From a virus, in the IMG/VR virus record IMGVR_UViG_3300048838_000238, positions 1-64,000 of that record: DNA of 64,000 bases, one strand, 5' to 3'. Within the stretch, counting starts at the first letter, position 1. The number at the start of each line of letters is the position of its first letter. The translations under genes were made by a program, and so were the position numbers. Under the pieces are notes generated by a model. The model had not been told where the DNA came from. It made no database searches and was given only the letters and a program-made list of their open reading frames with translations. Positions 63,299 through 64,000 of the stretch are shown here, one piece after another.

Positions 63299-64000
63299 TT
63301 ACACTGTCGCGTCGTTGATGATTTGGATCGCGTTCGGAATCGCGTCGCCGTCCAGCGTCCGCGCCGTGAACACCAGCCGCTGCCGAAGCTCGGTCGAACT
63401 GCCTTCCAAGCCTGGCAACTCGGGAGCGATCTGCAAGCACGGGAACAAGAACGACAAGCTGCGCCCGCCATTCGTGTAGACGATCGAGGCGGCCACGCCC
63501 GCGAGCGCGATTTCATTCAGGTCGATGTCGTTGGTGGTAAACGGCGAATCGCAAGAGAACGTGATATTACGTCCGCCTTGTGGCAGTTCCGTACGAGTCG
63601 AACTTGTGAAGAACCGCTCGGTATCGAGCATGTTGTCGACCATCACTTCGACGTTGTCGACTGGTCGCGCCGTGCCGTCGATCGTGATGACCGCTTGATT
63701 GTGGATGTACGGCTGCAAGATGCTCAGGTCTAGCGTCGGGAACGTGTCAGCCGATGCCTTGGCTTGCGTCAGCCCCTCCAGTTCCCAGTTGAGCCTCAAT
63801 AATTGCCCGGCGCTGGACGTGAACGTCGCCTTGGACGTCCGCATGTCAGTGTGGTTGTAGACCGCGATCTTGCGGTCAACCGTGAGCGGAAAGTATTGCG
63901 TCAGATACGCCGGATCAAGCGTATTTCCAGAGAACGCACCGCCGAAGATCAACGGCAGAATCGCCGTGAGTTCATCGGGTCGCGGCGCCCACGCCATCGC
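63299..64000 (-). CDS. Major tail tube protein (5' end outside the window)
   Basis: Beta-rich, LTVDRK...VDNML..RF..S...RNITFS; upstream of chaperones and tape measure. Confidence 0.7.
   Translation of the reverse strand, partial: AMAWAPRPDELTAILPLIFGGAFSGNTLDPAYLTQYFPLTVDRKIAVYNHTDMRTSKATFTSSAGQLLRLNWELEGLTQAKASADTFPTLDLSILQPYIHNQAVITIDGTARPVDNVEVMVDNMLDTERFFTSSTRTELPQGGRNITFSCDSPFTTNDIDLNEIALAGVAASIVYTNGGRSLSFLFPCLQIAPELPGLEGSSTELRQRLVFTARTLDGDAIPNAIQIINDATV

Noticed and set aside
1-64000. Alternative genetic code, rRNA, Cas or retron genes
   Set aside because: Conserved genes are full length in the standard code and use all three stop codons; no such genes were recognised.

Overview
This window is about 64 kb of a temperate, long-tailed dsDNA phage, almost entirely encoded on the minus strand. 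The host is probably a Planctomycete; this is an inference from an SHD1-domain protein, a CsrA-like gene and the style of the secreted proteins. In transcription order (right to left) it holds: tail tube; tail chaperones with a GGGAAAC -1 frameshift; a two-gene moron; tape measure; an accessory island (HNH, DUF4942-like methyltransferase); a 1502-aa FG-GAP virion protein; three paralogous tail-tip proteins; a glycosyltransferase and a methyltransferase; a tRNA(CAT); xis; attP (5' half of tRNA-Asn); integrase; a FliA/WhiG-like sigma factor; RecE/SSB/Bet/SMC-like recombination genes; a replication initiator; helicase; DnaN; a DNA methyltransferase; a Ycf46-like AAA/DUF3150/DUF1257/DUF2997 module; a probable lysis cassette built on an intein-interrupted papain-like peptidase; and nucleotide-metabolism genes. 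The strongest hidden signal is a genome-wide regulon. I found 16 copies of a sigma28-like promoter ((C/T)(C/A)AA-N15-GGCGAATA, invariant spacing, all on the minus strand) and 17 copies of a palindrome, CTATATC-N5-GATATAG, most at fixed positions over those promoters. Family names come from my recognition of motifs, not from database searches.
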